NCBI GenBank assembly: GCA_963827635.1
Contig: CAWHBV010000020.1
Location: 29,318 to 93,317, forward strand
Direction: 5' to 3'
Origin: an uncultured bacterium
GTDB taxonomy: Bacteria; Acidobacteriota; Aminicenantia; Aminicenantales; Saccharicenantaceae
DNA: 64,000 nt
Positions within the stretch are counted from its first letter, which is position 1. Each line of letters opens with the position of its first letter. Below are positions 18,184 through 28,322 of the stretch, piece by piece. The position numbers and the translations under genes are program-made. The notes beneath the pieces are model-generated. The model made no database searches and was not told the origin of the DNA. It worked only from the letters and a program-made list of their open reading frames with translations.

Positions 18184-18893
18184 CCGATCTCCTCGGCGAT
18201 CCTGAGGAAGGCCTCGTTCGGCGACGGCGCGCCGGTGATGGGGCGCCCGATGACGAGATAATCCGCGCCCTTGGCCACGGCCTCGGCCGGGGTCATGATC
18301 CGCTTCTGGTCCTGGGCCGCCGCCCAGACGGGCCGTATCCCCGGCGTGACGATGACCAGCTCCCGGCCGTATTCCTTGCGCAGGACCTCGATCTCCTGGG
18401 GCGAGCAGACGACGCCGTCCAGGCCCGCCGCCTTGGCCAGGCCCGCGAGGCGCAGGACCTGCGAAGCGACGTCCGAGCCCATCCCGACCTCCTCGAGGTC
18501 CGCTCCCTTCAGGCTCGTCAGCACGGTGACGCCGAGCAGGATGGGTTTCGGCCCCTGTCCGGCATCGGCCGCGGCTCTGGCCGCCTCGGCGGCCTTGGCC
18601 ATCATCTCCCGCCCGCCCGAGGTGTGCAGGGTCATCATCTGGACGCCGTGCTTGGAGGCGGAACGGACGGCCCCGGCCACGGTGTTGGGGATGTCGTGGA
18701 GCTTGAGGTCGAGGAAGATGTCCTTGCGCAGGACCTTGAGCTTGCGGAAAAGAGCGGGCCCCTCGGCCGTGAAGAGCTCCAGGCCGACCTTGAACGTCCG
18801 GGCGTCCGCGAGCCGCCCCACCAGGGCGATGCCCTCCTCCTTCGTCGGCACGTCGAGGGCGATGATGATGCGGTCGGCGGGGGATGGGGTCAT
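18168..18893 (-). CDS. pyrF: orotidine 5'-phosphate decarboxylase
   Basis: IIIALDVPT...FKVGLELF...IFLDLKLHDIPNTV...VIGRPIT. Start at ATG 18893 (MTPSPADR), internal to the track ORF. Confidence 0.9.
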   Translation of the reverse strand: MTPSPADRIIIALDVPTKEEGIALVGRLADARTFKVGLELFTAEGPALFRKLKVLRKDIFLDLKLHDIPNTVAGAVRSASKHGVQMMTLHTSGGREMMAKAAEAARAAADAGQGPKPILLGVTVLTSLKGADLEEVGMGSDVASQVLRLAGLAKAAGLDGVVCSPQEIEVLRKEYGRELVIVTPGIRPVWAAAQDQKRIMTPAEAVAKGADYLVIGRPITGAPSPNEAFLRIAEEIGQSRP

Positions 18894-18913
18894 GGGAGGT
18901 CCTTTCTCTCCGT

Positions 18914-19846
18914 TCAGGATGTCTCGAGCGTTCCCACGAGGTCGCGGACGGCCGCGACGCCGTGGGCGTCGCACCAGCGCTCCATCTCGGCGACGATGCG
19001 GACGGCGGCGTCGGGGTCGACGAAATTGGCCGTCCCGACCTCGACCGCCGAGGCGCCGGCGACCAGGAACTCCAGGGCGTCCGTCCCGGTCATGATGCCG
19101 CCCATGCCGACGACCGGCACCTTCAGGCGCGAGGCCACCTGGTGGACCATGCGCAGGGCGATCGGCTTGATGGCCGGGCCGCTCAGGCCGCCGTACACGT
19201 TCCCGAGCTTGGGCCGGCGCGTCTCGAGGTCGACGGCCATGGCCAGGAAGGTGTTGACGAGCGCGACGGCGTCCGTCCCGGCTTCTTCGGCCGCCTGGGC
19301 GATCTCGACGATGCTGGTGACGTTGGGCGAGAGCTTGGTGATGAGGGGCCGGCGGCTCGCGGCCTTGATCCTTTTCACCAGGTCGAAGGTCGTCCGCGGC
19401 GAGAGGGCCGGGCAGGCGCCTTCCTTCTTGACGTTGGGGCAGGAGATGTTGAGCTCGTAGGCGGCGATGCCCTCCTGCCGGTCCAGGAACTCGACGACCG
19501 CGGCGTACTCGTCGTCGTCCGCGCCGCAGACGTTGACGATGACGGCCGTGTCGAAGCGCCGGAGCTTCGGCAGGACCTTGGCGGCGAAGGCCTCGACGCC
19601 GACGCCCTGCAGGCCGATGGCGTTGATGAGACCGCTCGCCGTCTCGACGAGCCGCGGCGGGGGATTGCCTTCGCGCGGCTTGTCATAGAGGCCTTTCACG
19701 ACGAACCCGCCGAGCTTGGCGAGTTCGAGATAGGGCTCGAACTCGAGGCCGTAGCCGAAGGTGCCGCTGGCCGTGAGGACGGGATTGCGGAGCTTCAGGA
19801 AGCCCAGGTCCACCGAGAGGTCGACGCCCTTCGCGGTCACGGCCAT
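18914..19846 (-). CDS. pyrD: dihydroorotate dehydrogenase, class 1B catalytic subunit
   Basis: LRNPVLTASGTFGYG...ELNISCPNVK...GGLSGPAIKPIALRMV...VGMGGI. The ATG at 19846 overlaps the pyrK stop by 10 nt (ATGGCCGTGA). Confidence 0.9.
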   Translation of the reverse strand: MAVTAKGVDLSVDLGFLKLRNPVLTASGTFGYGLEFEPYLELAKLGGFVVKGLYDKPREGNPPPRLVETASGLINAIGLQGVGVEAFAAKVLPKLRRFDTAVIVNVCGADDDEYAAVVEFLDRQEGIAAYELNISCPNVKKEGACPALSPRTTFDLVKRIKAASRRPLITKLSPNVTSIVEIAQAAEEAGTDAVALVNTFLAMAVDLETRRPKLGNVYGGLSGPAIKPIALRMVHQVASRLKVPVVGMGGIMTGTDALEFLVAGASAVEVGTANFVDPDAAVRIVAEMERWCDAHGVAAVRDLVGTLETS

Positions 19847-20622
19847 AGGATGCGCTCCCCGGGGAAGACCGGGCCTTCCTCGCAGATCTTGACCCAGCCG
19901 TCCCCGCTCTCGCCGCGAATGCGGTGGACGCAGCCCCAGCAGGCGCCGACGCCGCAGCCCATGATCGATTCGAGGGAGAACTCGGCCGGGACACCGTGCT
20001 CCGCGACGATCGCGGCCAGGGCTTTCATCATCGGGTCCGGGCCGCAGGCGTAGACGAAGGCCGGCTTTTCCCGGGCGATCTCGCGGCCGGCGAGCCCGGT
20101 GACGAAGCCGGCGAAGCCGAAGCTGCCGTCGTCGGTCGACGCCAGGAGCTCGAAGCCGGCGCTCGCGAACTTGTCGCGGAGCGGGATGTCGGCGGCCGTC
20201 CGGCCGCCGTAGAAGACGACGGGCTTGGCGCCGGCCGAGGCCAGCTCGCGGGCCAGGAAGTAGAGCGGGGCGATACCCCGGCCTCCGCCGACGAGGAAGA
20301 CGCGCTTCCCGCGCATCGCGGCATCGACCGTAAAGCCTTGCCCGAGCGGTCCGATGACGTCGAGCCGGTCTCCCGGCTTCTTCTGCGACAGGATCTCCGT
20401 GCCCCGGCCGGCGACCGCGAAGAAGAGCTCGATGCCGCCCGGACCCGCGTCGTGGATGCCCAGGGGCCGGCGGAGAAGGGGGAAAGTCCCCTCGGAAACC
20501 TTGACCATGACGAACTGCCCCGGCCTCGCGCCGGCCCCGAGCGCCGGCGCGTCGATGGCGAACCGGAAATAATCGCCCCAACTCTGGACTTCGCGGAGGC
20601 GGGCGTCGCGTTCGATGGGCAT
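19837..20622 (-). CDS. pyrK: dihydroorotate dehydrogenase electron-transfer subunit (FAD / 2Fe-2S)
   Basis: Ferredoxin-reductase-like fold (RRPLGI, GGGRGIAPL) and a C-terminal Cys cluster (MGCGVGACWGCV). Sits directly upstream of pyrD. Confidence 0.85.
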   Translation of the reverse strand: MPIERDARLREVQSWGDYFRFAIDAPALGAGARPGQFVMVKVSEGTFPLLRRPLGIHDAGPGGIELFFAVAGRGTEILSQKKPGDRLDVIGPLGQGFTVDAAMRGKRVFLVGGGRGIAPLYFLARELASAGAKPVVFYGGRTAADIPLRDKFASAGFELLASTDDGSFGFAGFVTGLAGREIAREKPAFVYACGPDPMMKALAAIVAEHGVPAEFSLESIMGCGVGACWGCVHRIRGESGDGWVKICEEGPVFPGERILWP

Positions 20623-20751
20623 GGCGGTTCCGGGGCTCTTTTCGCCCCTTAAACTAGCAGAAACCCCCGGCCGTTGGCAATCGGAATGTTCGTCCGGAGC
20701 CCATCCGCCCGCTTGACGAAGGGCGAGGAAATCTCATATATATAACGGGCG

Positions 20752-22134
20752 ATGAGAACCCCCCGCCTGCCGGTCCTGGCCGTCGTTTCCCTCCTCGCCC
20801 TGGCCCCGCTGGCCAGGCCCCAGGACAGCCACTACTGGACCAACCAGTACGGGACGCGGGCGACCCTGCTCGGGGGGGCGGTCATCGGCAGCGTCCTCGA
20901 CCTCTCCGGCACCTTCTACAATCCGGGCGGTCTGAGCCTCATCGAGAAGCCCGCCACGATCATGGCCACCCAGATCTTCCATTATCCCCGGCTGACCCTG
21001 ACCGGGTACGGCAAGAACGTCGTCCCCCAGAACGCCCATAACCTGGGCCCGGCGCCGTCGCTCGTCGCCGGCACCATCCGCGTCCGCGGCCTCGATAAGC
21101 ACTGGTTCGGCTATTCCTTCCTGGCCCGCCAGAGCGTCAAGCTCGGCGCTTCGGTCTCCTCGACCGGCGTCCGGGACGTCCTTCCGGGCCTCGCCGGAGC
21201 GGAGGAGTACGCGTCACAGTTCAAGCTCGAAGAGAAGATCGCCGAAAGCTGGTTCGGCCTGACCTGGTCCTACAAGATATCCAGGAAGGTCGGCGTCGGC
21301 GTCAGCCAGTACGTCGCCGCCCGGTCCCACCGGGCCTACGTCCAGGAGCTCGTCGAGGCTCTCGGCGCCGGAGGCGGGCTGGCCGTCGCCCTGGGCTCCC
21401 GGCAGTACCGGTACAGCCACTTCCGGATCCTCTGGAAGATCGGGATGGCCGCCGACTACGACGACATCACCCTGGGCCTGACCATGACCACTCCCAGCGT
21501 GGGCCTGTCCGGGACCGGCTCGACAGGTGTCAACTCGAGCGTGGCCGCCCTCGACATGGACGGCGACGGCGTCGGGGACGACTACCTGGCCTCCGACTAC
21601 CAGGACAACCGGTCCGCGACCTACCGGTCGCCCTTTTCCCTGGCGGCCGGCGTGACCGTCAAGATCCAAAAGGTCCGCCTCTACGGCAGCGCGGAGTGGT
21701 TCGGCCGGGTGCCGGCCTACACCGTCGTCGACTCCGCCGATTTCCAGGCCCAGAGCACGGGGGAGACGATCTCGACCGACGTCACGCAGGAGCTCGGGTC
21801 CGTGCTCAACGCGGGCGTCGGCCTCGAATGGTTCTATACCGCCCGGTTCAAGGGCTACGCCAGCTTCACGACCGATTATTCGGCGAAGAGGTCGGGGACG
21901 GTGACGAACGTCGCGTTGACCGACTGGGACATCCACCACTTCGTCACCGGGGCCGAATTCTTCATCAACAAGTCGGCCCTGACCGTCGGCCTCGGGTTCT
22001 CGTTCGGCAACCGGGAGATCGGCACGCGGCCCGACATCATCGGACGCGGCGGGCTCGCCGGCATGTGGGACCCGTTCGACAGCCTGAGGTTCCGCTTCAC
22101 GACCTACAAGCTCATCGTGGGATTCGCCATCTAG
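20752..22134 (+). CDS. hypothetical outer-membrane beta-barrel protein (460 aa)
   Basis: Signal peptide MRTPRLPVLAVVSLLALAPLARPQ. Alternating Gly/aromatic/Ser-Thr-rich strands throughout, ending ...FRFTTYKLIVGFAI. Confidence 0.55.
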   Translation: MRTPRLPVLAVVSLLALAPLARPQDSHYWTNQYGTRATLLGGAVIGSVLDLSGTFYNPGGLSLIEKPATIMATQIFHYPRLTLTGYGKNVVPQNAHNLGPAPSLVAGTIRVRGLDKHWFGYSFLARQSVKLGASVSSTGVRDVLPGLAGAEEYASQFKLEEKIAESWFGLTWSYKISRKVGVGVSQYVAARSHRAYVQELVEALGAGGGLAVALGSRQYRYSHFRILWKIGMAADYDDITLGLTMTTPSVGLSGTGSTGVNSSVAALDMDGDGVGDDYLASDYQDNRSATYRSPFSLAAGVTVKIQKVRLYGSAEWFGRVPAYTVVDSADFQAQSTGETISTDVTQELGSVLNAGVGLEWFYTARFKGYASFTTDYSAKRSGTVTNVALTDWDIHHFVTGAEFFINKSALTVGLGFSFGNREIGTRPDIIGRGGLAGMWDPFDSLRFRFTTYKLIVGFAI

Positions 22135-22222
22135 CCCGGGCTGAGAGGCGTTGCCTTTCCCCTCGCTTATTGCCTATAATGACCCCTAGCGCATTCAGGC
22201 CGTCACCAGGGAGGAATCAGCC

Positions 22223-23419
22223 ATGATCGTTTCGAAGCGCGGGCGCGACATCCAGGCGTCCCCCATCCGGAAGCTCAAGCCCTACGCCGACGCCGCCAAG
22301 GCCAAAGGCGTCAAGGTCTTCCATCTCAACATCGGCGACCCCGACATCCCCGCTCCCGGTCCGGTGATGGACACTTTCCACAACTGGAGCCAGCCCGTCC
22401 TGGGCTACGGCCCGGCCCAGGGCTTCCTGGAGCTCCGCGAGGCCGTCACCCGTTACTTCGCGAAATACGACATCCCGCTCGGGCCCGACGAGGTCCTCAT
22501 CACCACGGGCGGATCCGAGGCCATCCACTTCACCTTCTCCGTCATCGGCGACGTCGGCGACGAGATCGTCATCCCCGAGCCCTACTACACGAACTACAAC
22601 GGCTACGCCGCCTTCGCCGGGTTGAAGATCGTGCCCCTGCCGCTCTCGGTCGAGGACGGCTTCCGGCTGCCGCCGAGCGAGGCCATCGAGGCCTGCATCA
22701 CGCCCCGGACCAAGGCCATCCTGCTCTGCTCGCCGAACAACCCCACGGGCACGGTCTACACGCCCGAGGAGCTCGAGCGGGTCGTCGCTCTGGTCAGGAA
22801 GCACGACCTCTTCCTCGTCGGCGACGAGGTCTACAAGGAGTTCATCTACGACGGCCTCAAGCACAAGAGCATCCTCGAATACGCCGAGATCGAGGACCGG
22901 GTCGTCGTCGTCGACAGCATTTCCAAGCGCTTCAGCTGCTGCGGGGCGCGGATCGGCATGATCATCACCCGCAACAAGGACGTCTACGCGTCCGCCCTCA
23001 AGTTCGCCCAGGCCCGGCTCTGCCCGCCCTCGGTCGAACAGATGGCCGCCCTGGCCGCCTACAACATGCCCATGGAGTACTTCGCGGGCGTCCGCGCCGA
23101 GTACGACCGCCGCCGCAACGTCCTCTACGAGGGGCTCAAGGACATCCCCGGCGTCGTCATCCGCAAGCCCCAGGGCGCCTTCTACGTCATCATCCGCCTG
23201 CCGGTCAAGGACGTCGAGCACTTCGCCGTCTGGCTGCTCTCGGACTTCTCGCTCGACGGCAAGACGGTCATGATCGCCCCGGCCCCCGGCTTCTACTCGA
23301 CGCCCAGCCTGGGCACGGACGAGGCCCGCATCGCCTACGTCATCAACGAGACCGACCTGCGCGAGGCCGTCCGCGTCTTCAAGGCGGCGCTCGAGAAGTA
23401 CCGGGCGATCTACGGGTGA
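22223..23419 (+). CDS. PLP-dependent aminotransferase, class I/II (aspartate/aromatic type)
   Basis: LNIGDPD...GY.PAQG...NPTGTVY...SISKRFSCCGARIG (PLP-lysine motif). Confidence 0.85.
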   Translation: MIVSKRGRDIQASPIRKLKPYADAAKAKGVKVFHLNIGDPDIPAPGPVMDTFHNWSQPVLGYGPAQGFLELREAVTRYFAKYDIPLGPDEVLITTGGSEAIHFTFSVIGDVGDEIVIPEPYYTNYNGYAAFAGLKIVPLPLSVEDGFRLPPSEAIEACITPRTKAILLCSPNNPTGTVYTPEELERVVALVRKHDLFLVGDEVYKEFIYDGLKHKSILEYAEIEDRVVVVDSISKRFSCCGARIGMIITRNKDVYASALKFAQARLCPPSVEQMAALAAYNMPMEYFAGVRAEYDRRRNVLYEGLKDIPGVVIRKPQGAFYVIIRLPVKDVEHFAVWLLSDFSLDGKTVMIAPAPGFYSTPSLGTDEARIAYVINETDLREAVRVFKAALEKYRAIYG

Positions 23420-23423
23420 CCAT

Positions 23424-23921
23424 GTGGGGACGGTGAGCGACGCGCGGCGGGTGCTGGCCCAGGCCGCGGCCTTTGTCGCACTGAGCGTCCTCGTCGGCGC
23501 GGCCGTCCACTTCCCCCTGGTCGGGCGCTTTGCGCGGGGCGAGTTCCGCGAGACGTTCTTCCAGGCTTCGGAGTACTCTGGGATCCGTCTGATCTCGCTC
23601 GAAGAGGCGGAGGACATCTGGCGGACCCAGGTGGCCGTCTTCATCGACGCCCGACGGAACGAACTTTATCGCGAAGGACACGTGCCCCGGTCGCTGAACC
23701 TCCCGGCTAACGGGTCAGCCAGGACGCTGCCCTCCCTGGTTATGACCTTTCGCGAGGGAACGGTCGTCGTTTATTGCGAGGGCGGCGATTGCCAGTCGAG
23801 CTTGGACCTGGCCAAGCGCCTACATGAGGCGGGCTTCCGCGATATCCGCGTCTCCACCGGCGGCTGGGACGAGTGGCGGGCGGCCGGCCTGCCCGAGGAG
23901 AAGAGCGATGCTCCGGAATAA
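23424..23921 (+). CDS. membrane-anchored rhodanese-domain protein
   Basis: GTG start. One TM helix, then a rhodanese fold: FIDARRNELYREGHVPRSLNLP...VVVYCEGGDCQSS (active-site Cys loop)...GGWDEW. Confidence 0.75.
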   Translation: MGTVSDARRVLAQAAAFVALSVLVGAAVHFPLVGRFARGEFRETFFQASEYSGIRLISLEEAEDIWRTQVAVFIDARRNELYREGHVPRSLNLPANGSARTLPSLVMTFREGTVVVYCEGGDCQSSLDLAKRLHEAGFRDIRVSTGGWDEWRAAGLPEEKSDAPE

Positions 23922-24321
23922 GGGAGTTCTCCTCGCCTTCCGCCTCGTCCTCGGAGGCCTCTTCGTCTATGCCGGCGCCGTCAAGGTCCTGGAGCCGCTC
24001 GACTTCGCCCAGAACATCCGCAACTATCAGCTCGTCGGACAGTCACTGTCGTTCGTCGCCGCGATCGTCCTGCCCTGGCTCGAGATCCTGGCCGGCCTGG
24101 CCCTCATCCTCGGCGTCTGGACGCGCGGCGCGGCGCTCGTCGTCACGGGCCTCCTCGTCTTCTTCATCGTCCTGACCGCCGTGACCATGGTCCGCGGGCT
24201 CGATGTCGATTGCGGCTGCTTCGGCTCGCTCAGCCGCAAGTCCGGCTGGGGCGTCATCCTCGAGGACCTGGGGATGCTCGTCCTGGGCCTCGCGCTGCTT
24301 CTCGCGCCCAAGAAAAGATAG
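23908..24321 (+). CDS. MauE/DoxX-family membrane protein
   Basis: Start MLRNKGVLLAFRLVLGGLFVYAGAVKVLEP... at ATG 23908, overlapping the rhodanese stop by 14 nt. Four TM helices and a CGCFG motif typical of MauE-like proteins. Confidence 0.65.
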   Translation: MLRNKGVLLAFRLVLGGLFVYAGAVKVLEPLDFAQNIRNYQLVGQSLSFVAAIVLPWLEILAGLALILGVWTRGAALVVTGLLVFFIVLTAVTMVRGLDVDCGCFGSLSRKSGWGVILEDLGMLVLGLALLLAPKKR

Positions 24322-24426
24322 GCGACACGTACCCGAGGTACATATCCCGGGACAGGTCCCCGAATTGAATTTCGGGGGGAATCCGTGTATATTTTCATAA
24401 ATATTTCACCGATCAGGAGATGACCG

Positions 24427-27186
24427 ATGGCCAAGAAGTACGTTTATTTCTTCGGGGCCGGCGCCGCCGAAGGCAATATGAAGATGAAGGAGACCCTGGG
24501 CGGCAAGGGCGCCAACCTGGCCGAGATGGCCGGGATCGGCCTGCCCGTCCCCCCGGGATTCACCGTCTCGACGGAAGTCTGCATCCTTTACTATAAGAAC
24601 AGGAAGAGGATCCCCGAGGCCGTCCGCCTCGAGGTCGAGAAGAACCTCAAGAAGCTCGAGAAGGCCGTCGGACAGTCGTTCGGCGACCCCAAGAACCCCC
24701 TGCTCGTCTCCGTCCGCTCGGGCGCCCGGGCCTCCATGCCGGGCATGATGGACACCATCCTCAACCTCGGACTCAACGACCGGACGGCCGCGGCCCTCGT
24801 CGCCAAGACCAAGAACGAGCGCTTCGTCTTCGACTGCTACCGCCGCTTCGTCCAGATGTACGGCGACGTCGTCCTGGGCCTCAAGCCCGTCCACAAGGAC
24901 GACATCGACCCGTTCGAAGAGATCATCGAGGCCAAGAAGCACAGCCGGGGCATCAAGAGCGACGCCGACCTCACCGCGGCCGACCTCAAGGACCTCGTCG
25001 CCCGTTTCAAGGCCGCCATCAAGGAGAAGACCGGCCAGGAGTTCCCCGACGATCCCAAGAAGCAGCTCTGGGGCGCGATCGGGGCCGTCTTCGGCTCTTG
25101 GATGAACGACCGGGCCATCGCCTACCGCCGGATGTACGACATCCCCGAAGCCTGGGGCACGGCCGTCAACGTCCAGCTGATGGTCTTCGGCAACATGGGC
25201 AACGACTCCGGCACCGGCGTCGCCTTCACCCGCGACGCGGCCACCGGCGAGAACGTCTTCTACGGCGAGTATCTGATGAACGCCCAGGGCGAGGACGTCG
25301 TCGCCGGCACCCGGACGCCCAAGCCGATCGTCGAGCTCAAGAAGGACGACGCCAAGGCCTACGCGGAGCTCGAAAAGATCCGCCACACGCTCGAGAAGCA
25401 CTACACCGACATGATGGACGTCGAGTTCACCATCCAGCAGGGCAAGCTCTATATGCTCCAGTGCCGGGTGGGCAAGCGGACGGCCTTCGCCGCCATCAAG
25501 ATCGCGGTCGACATGGTCGATGAGAAGCTCATCGGCGAGAAGGAAGCCCTGTCCCGCATCGAGCCCGACCAGCTCAACCAGCTCCTCCGGCCCATCTTCG
25601 CCCCGGCCGAGAAGCAGGCCGCCGTCAAGGCCGGCCGGCTCCTGGCCAAGGGCCTCAACGCCGGCCCCGGCGCCGCCACGGGCCGCATCGTCTACAACTC
25701 CGTCGACGCCGAGGCCTGGGCCAAGAAGGGCGAGAAGGTCATTCTGACCCGGATCGAGACGTCGCCCGAGGACATCAAGGGCATGAGCGCGGCCGAGGGC
25801 ATCCTGACCGCCCGCGGCGGCATGACCTCCCACGCCGCCCTCGTGGCCCGGCAGATGGGCCGGGTCTGCGTCGCCGGCTGCGGCGAACTCGTCATCGACT
25901 ACGCCGCACACACCCTGACCGTCAAGGGCCGGACGCTCAAGGAAGGCGACTGGATCTCGATCGACGGCTCGACCGGCGAGGTCATCGAGGGCCGGCTCAA
26001 CACCCGCCCCTCCGAGGTCCTCCAGGTCCTCATCGAGAAGACGCTCGACCCGGCCAAGGCCCCGGTCTACCAGACCTTCGCCAAGGTCATGGCCTGGGCC
26101 GACAAGTACCGGACCCTCAAGATCCGGACCAACGCCGACCAGCCCGACCAGTCCGCGAACGCCGTGGCCTTCGGCGCCGAGGGCATCGGCCTCTGCCGGA
26201 CCGAGCACATGTTCTTCGGCGAGGGCAAGATCGGCCCGATGCGCGAGATGATCCTGGCCGACACCGTCGAGCAGCGCCGGGCCGCCCTGGCCAAGCTCCT
26301 GCCTCTCCAGCGCAAGGACTTCGCCGGCATCTTCGAGGTCATGGCCGGGCGTCCCGTGACGATCCGGACGATCGACCCGCCGCTCCACGAGTTCCTGCCC
26401 CACGAGGAGAAGGAGCAGCGCGAGGTGGCGGCGCAGATGGGCCTGCCCTACGAGAAGGTCCGGGAGCGCGTCGCATCGCTCCACGAGTTCAACCCCATGC
26501 TCGGCTTCCGCGGCTGCCGCCTGGGCATCATCTACCCCGAGATCACCGAGATGCAGGCCCGGGCCATCTTCGAGGCCGCCGCGGCCACGAAGAAGAAAAA
26601 GATCCCGGTCCTGCCCGAGGTCATGATCCCGCTCGTCGGCCACGTCAAGGAGCTGGCCAACCAGGAGAAGCTCGTCCGGGCGACGGCCGAGGCGGTCATG
26701 AAGGAGCAGGGCGTCAAGTTCGACTACCTCGTCGGGACGATGATCGAGGTCCCGCGCGGCGCCATCACGGCCGACGAGATCGCGGCCGTGGCCGAGTTCT
26801 TCAGCTTCGGCACGAACGACCTGACCCAGATGACGCTCGGGGTCAGCCGCGACGACGCGGCCCGCTTCCTCGTCCCCTACGTCGAGAGGGAGATCTACGC
26901 CAAGGACCCGTTCGAGGTCATCGACCGGGACGGCGTCGGCCAGCTCATGCGGATGGCCGTCGAGCGCGGCCGCAAGACGCGGCCGGCGATCAAGCTCGGC
27001 ATCTGCGGCGAGCACGGCGGCGACCCCTCGTCGGTCGAGTTCTGCCACCTCATCGGCCTGAACTACGTCAGCTGCTCGCCCTTCCGGGTGCCCATCGCCC
27101 GGCTGGCGGCGGCCCGGGCGGCCATCCTCAACGCCCCCAAGGTCGGAGGGAAGAAGCCGGCAAAAAAGGCCGCCCGCAAGCGCTGA
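24427..27186 (+). CDS. ppdK: pyruvate, phosphate dikinase
   Basis: [10 protein letters not shown]...[27 protein letters not shown]...[15 protein letters not shown] (catalytic His)...GLCRTEHMF...C-terminal PEP-utilising TIM barrel. 919 aa. Confidence 0.95.
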   Translation: MAKKYVYFFGAGAAEGNMKMKETLGGKGANLAEMAGIGLPVPPGFTVSTEVCILYYKNRKRIPEAVRLEVEKNLKKLEKAVGQSFGDPKNPLLVSVRSGARASMPGMMDTILNLGLNDRTAAALVAKTKNERFVFDCYRRFVQMYGDVVLGLKPVHKDDIDPFEEIIEAKKHSRGIKSDADLTAADLKDLVARFKAAIKEKTGQEFPDDPKKQLWGAIGAVFGSWMNDRAIAYRRMYDIPEAWGTAVNVQLMVFGNMGNDSGTGVAFTRDAATGENVFYGEYLMNAQGEDVVAGTRTPKPIVELKKDDAKAYAELEKIRHTLEKHYTDMMDVEFTIQQGKLYMLQCRVGKRTAFAAIKIAVDMVDEKLIGEKEALSRIEPDQLNQLLRPIFAPAEKQAAVKAGRLLAKGLNAGPGAATGRIVYNSVDAEAWAKKGEKVILTRIETSPEDIKGMSAAEGILTARGGMTSHAALVARQMGRVCVAGCGELVIDYAAHTLTVKGRTLKEGDWISIDGSTGEVIEGRLNTRPSEVLQVLIEKTLDPAKAPVYQTFAKVMAWADKYRTLKIRTNADQPDQSANAVAFGAEGIGLCRTEHMFFGEGKIGPMREMILADTVEQRRAALAKLLPLQRKDFAGIFEVMAGRPVTIRTIDPPLHEFLPHEEKEQREVAAQMGLPYEKVRERVASLHEFNPMLGFRGCRLGIIYPEITEMQARAIFEAAAATKKKKIPVLPEVMIPLVGHVKELANQEKLVRATAEAVMKEQGVKFDYLVGTMIEVPRGAITADEIAAVAEFFSFGTNDLTQMTLGVSRDDAARFLVPYVEREIYAKDPFEVIDRDGVGQLMRMAVERGRKTRPAIKLGICGEHGGDPSSVEFCHLIGLNYVSCSPFRVPIARLAAARAAILNAPKVGGKKPAKKAARKR

Positions 27187-27287
27187 GCCAGAGGATATTC
27201 CCGAGCAAAGCCGGAGAGAGGGCCTTCCTGTCATCCGGAGAAGAATCTCTTTTTTCGGGGGCAGTTTTTTGATATTGTGAGGTCCCC

Positions 27288-28283
27288 ATGGGCGACCTGC
27301 TCGATCTCTTCAAGGTGCTGGTCGGCAAGCGCTTCCCGTTCCAGCTCGTCTTCAGCAACGAGTACTGGATGGTCGAGACCGGCAAGCACGTCTTCCCCCT
27401 CCAGAAGTACCGCCTCGTCTACGAGAACCTCCTGGCCATGGGCGCCAAGAAGGAGAACTTCCTCCGGCCCCGGCCGGCGCCCGACGAGGACATCCTCCTC
27501 GTCCACACGGCCCGCTACCTGCGGCACATCAAGGCCGGCAGCCTGAGCGCCGCCGAGCTCAAGGCCCTCGAGGTCCGTTTCTCGCCCGAGCTCATCCGCC
27601 TGGCCCTGCTCTCGGTCGGGGGGACGACCCTGGCCGCCCGCAAGGCCCTCGAGTGCGGCCTGGCCGTCCACATCGGCGGCGGCTTCCACCACGCCTTCCC
27701 CGACCACGGCGAGGGCTTCTGCCTCCTCAACGACGTCGCCGTGGCCGCCCGCAAGGTCGTCAAGGACGGGCTGGCCGAGCGGGTCATGATCGTCGACTGC
27801 GACCTGCACCACGGCAACGGCACGGCGGCGGCCCTCGCCGGCCTCCCCGGGATCTTCACGCTGTCCATCCACCAGATGGACATCTACCCCGAGGAAAAGC
27901 CCGCCAGCACCCTCGACATCCCCCTCTATGCCGGCGACGGCGACGCCAAGTACCTGGCCGGCCTGCGGGCCCACATCCCCAAGGTCTACAGGGAGTTCCG
28001 CCCGCACCTCGTCATCTACCTGGCCGGGGCGGACCCCTACGAAAAGGACCAGCTCGGCGGATTGGCGGTGACGAAGGCGGGATTGAAGGAACGGGACAAG
28101 CTCGTCATCGAGAACGCCCGGCGGCTGGGCATCCCCGTCGCGGTGGTCCTGGCCGGCGGTTACGCCCTGGACATCAAGGACACCGTGGACATCCACCTCA
28201 ACACGGTGCGGATCGCCCAGCGCGTCCAGAGGATCTACCCCGAGCCGCCTTCGCCGCTCGCCGCGGTGCACCGACCCGTCTAG
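27288..28283 (+). CDS. histone-deacetylase-family (arginase-fold) deacetylase
   Basis: GGGFHHAFPDHGEGFCLLNDVAVAA...VDCDLHHGNGT...GADPYEKDQLG. Confidence 0.85.
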   Translation: MGDLLDLFKVLVGKRFPFQLVFSNEYWMVETGKHVFPLQKYRLVYENLLAMGAKKENFLRPRPAPDEDILLVHTARYLRHIKAGSLSAAELKALEVRFSPELIRLALLSVGGTTLAARKALECGLAVHIGGGFHHAFPDHGEGFCLLNDVAVAARKVVKDGLAERVMIVDCDLHHGNGTAAALAGLPGIFTLSIHQMDIYPEEKPASTLDIPLYAGDGDAKYLAGLRAHIPKVYREFRPHLVIYLAGADPYEKDQLGGLAVTKAGLKERDKLVIENARRLGIPVAVVLAGGYALDIKDTVDIHLNTVRIAQRVQRIYPEPPSPLAAVHRPV

Positions 28284-28322
28284 GCGCCGCGCCCGGGGCC
28301 TGCGAGCCGCGTCCGGTCCGGC

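Noticed and set aside
24406-27234. 942-aa minus-strand ORF antisense to ppdK. Likewise 49814..51925 is antisense to the TPR gene and 61843..63969 is antisense to the Gfo/DUF1080 genes.
   Set aside because: These are shadow ORFs. The plus-strand products carry unambiguous family signatures, while the minus-strand translations are repetitive D/G/L/V/R/E strings.
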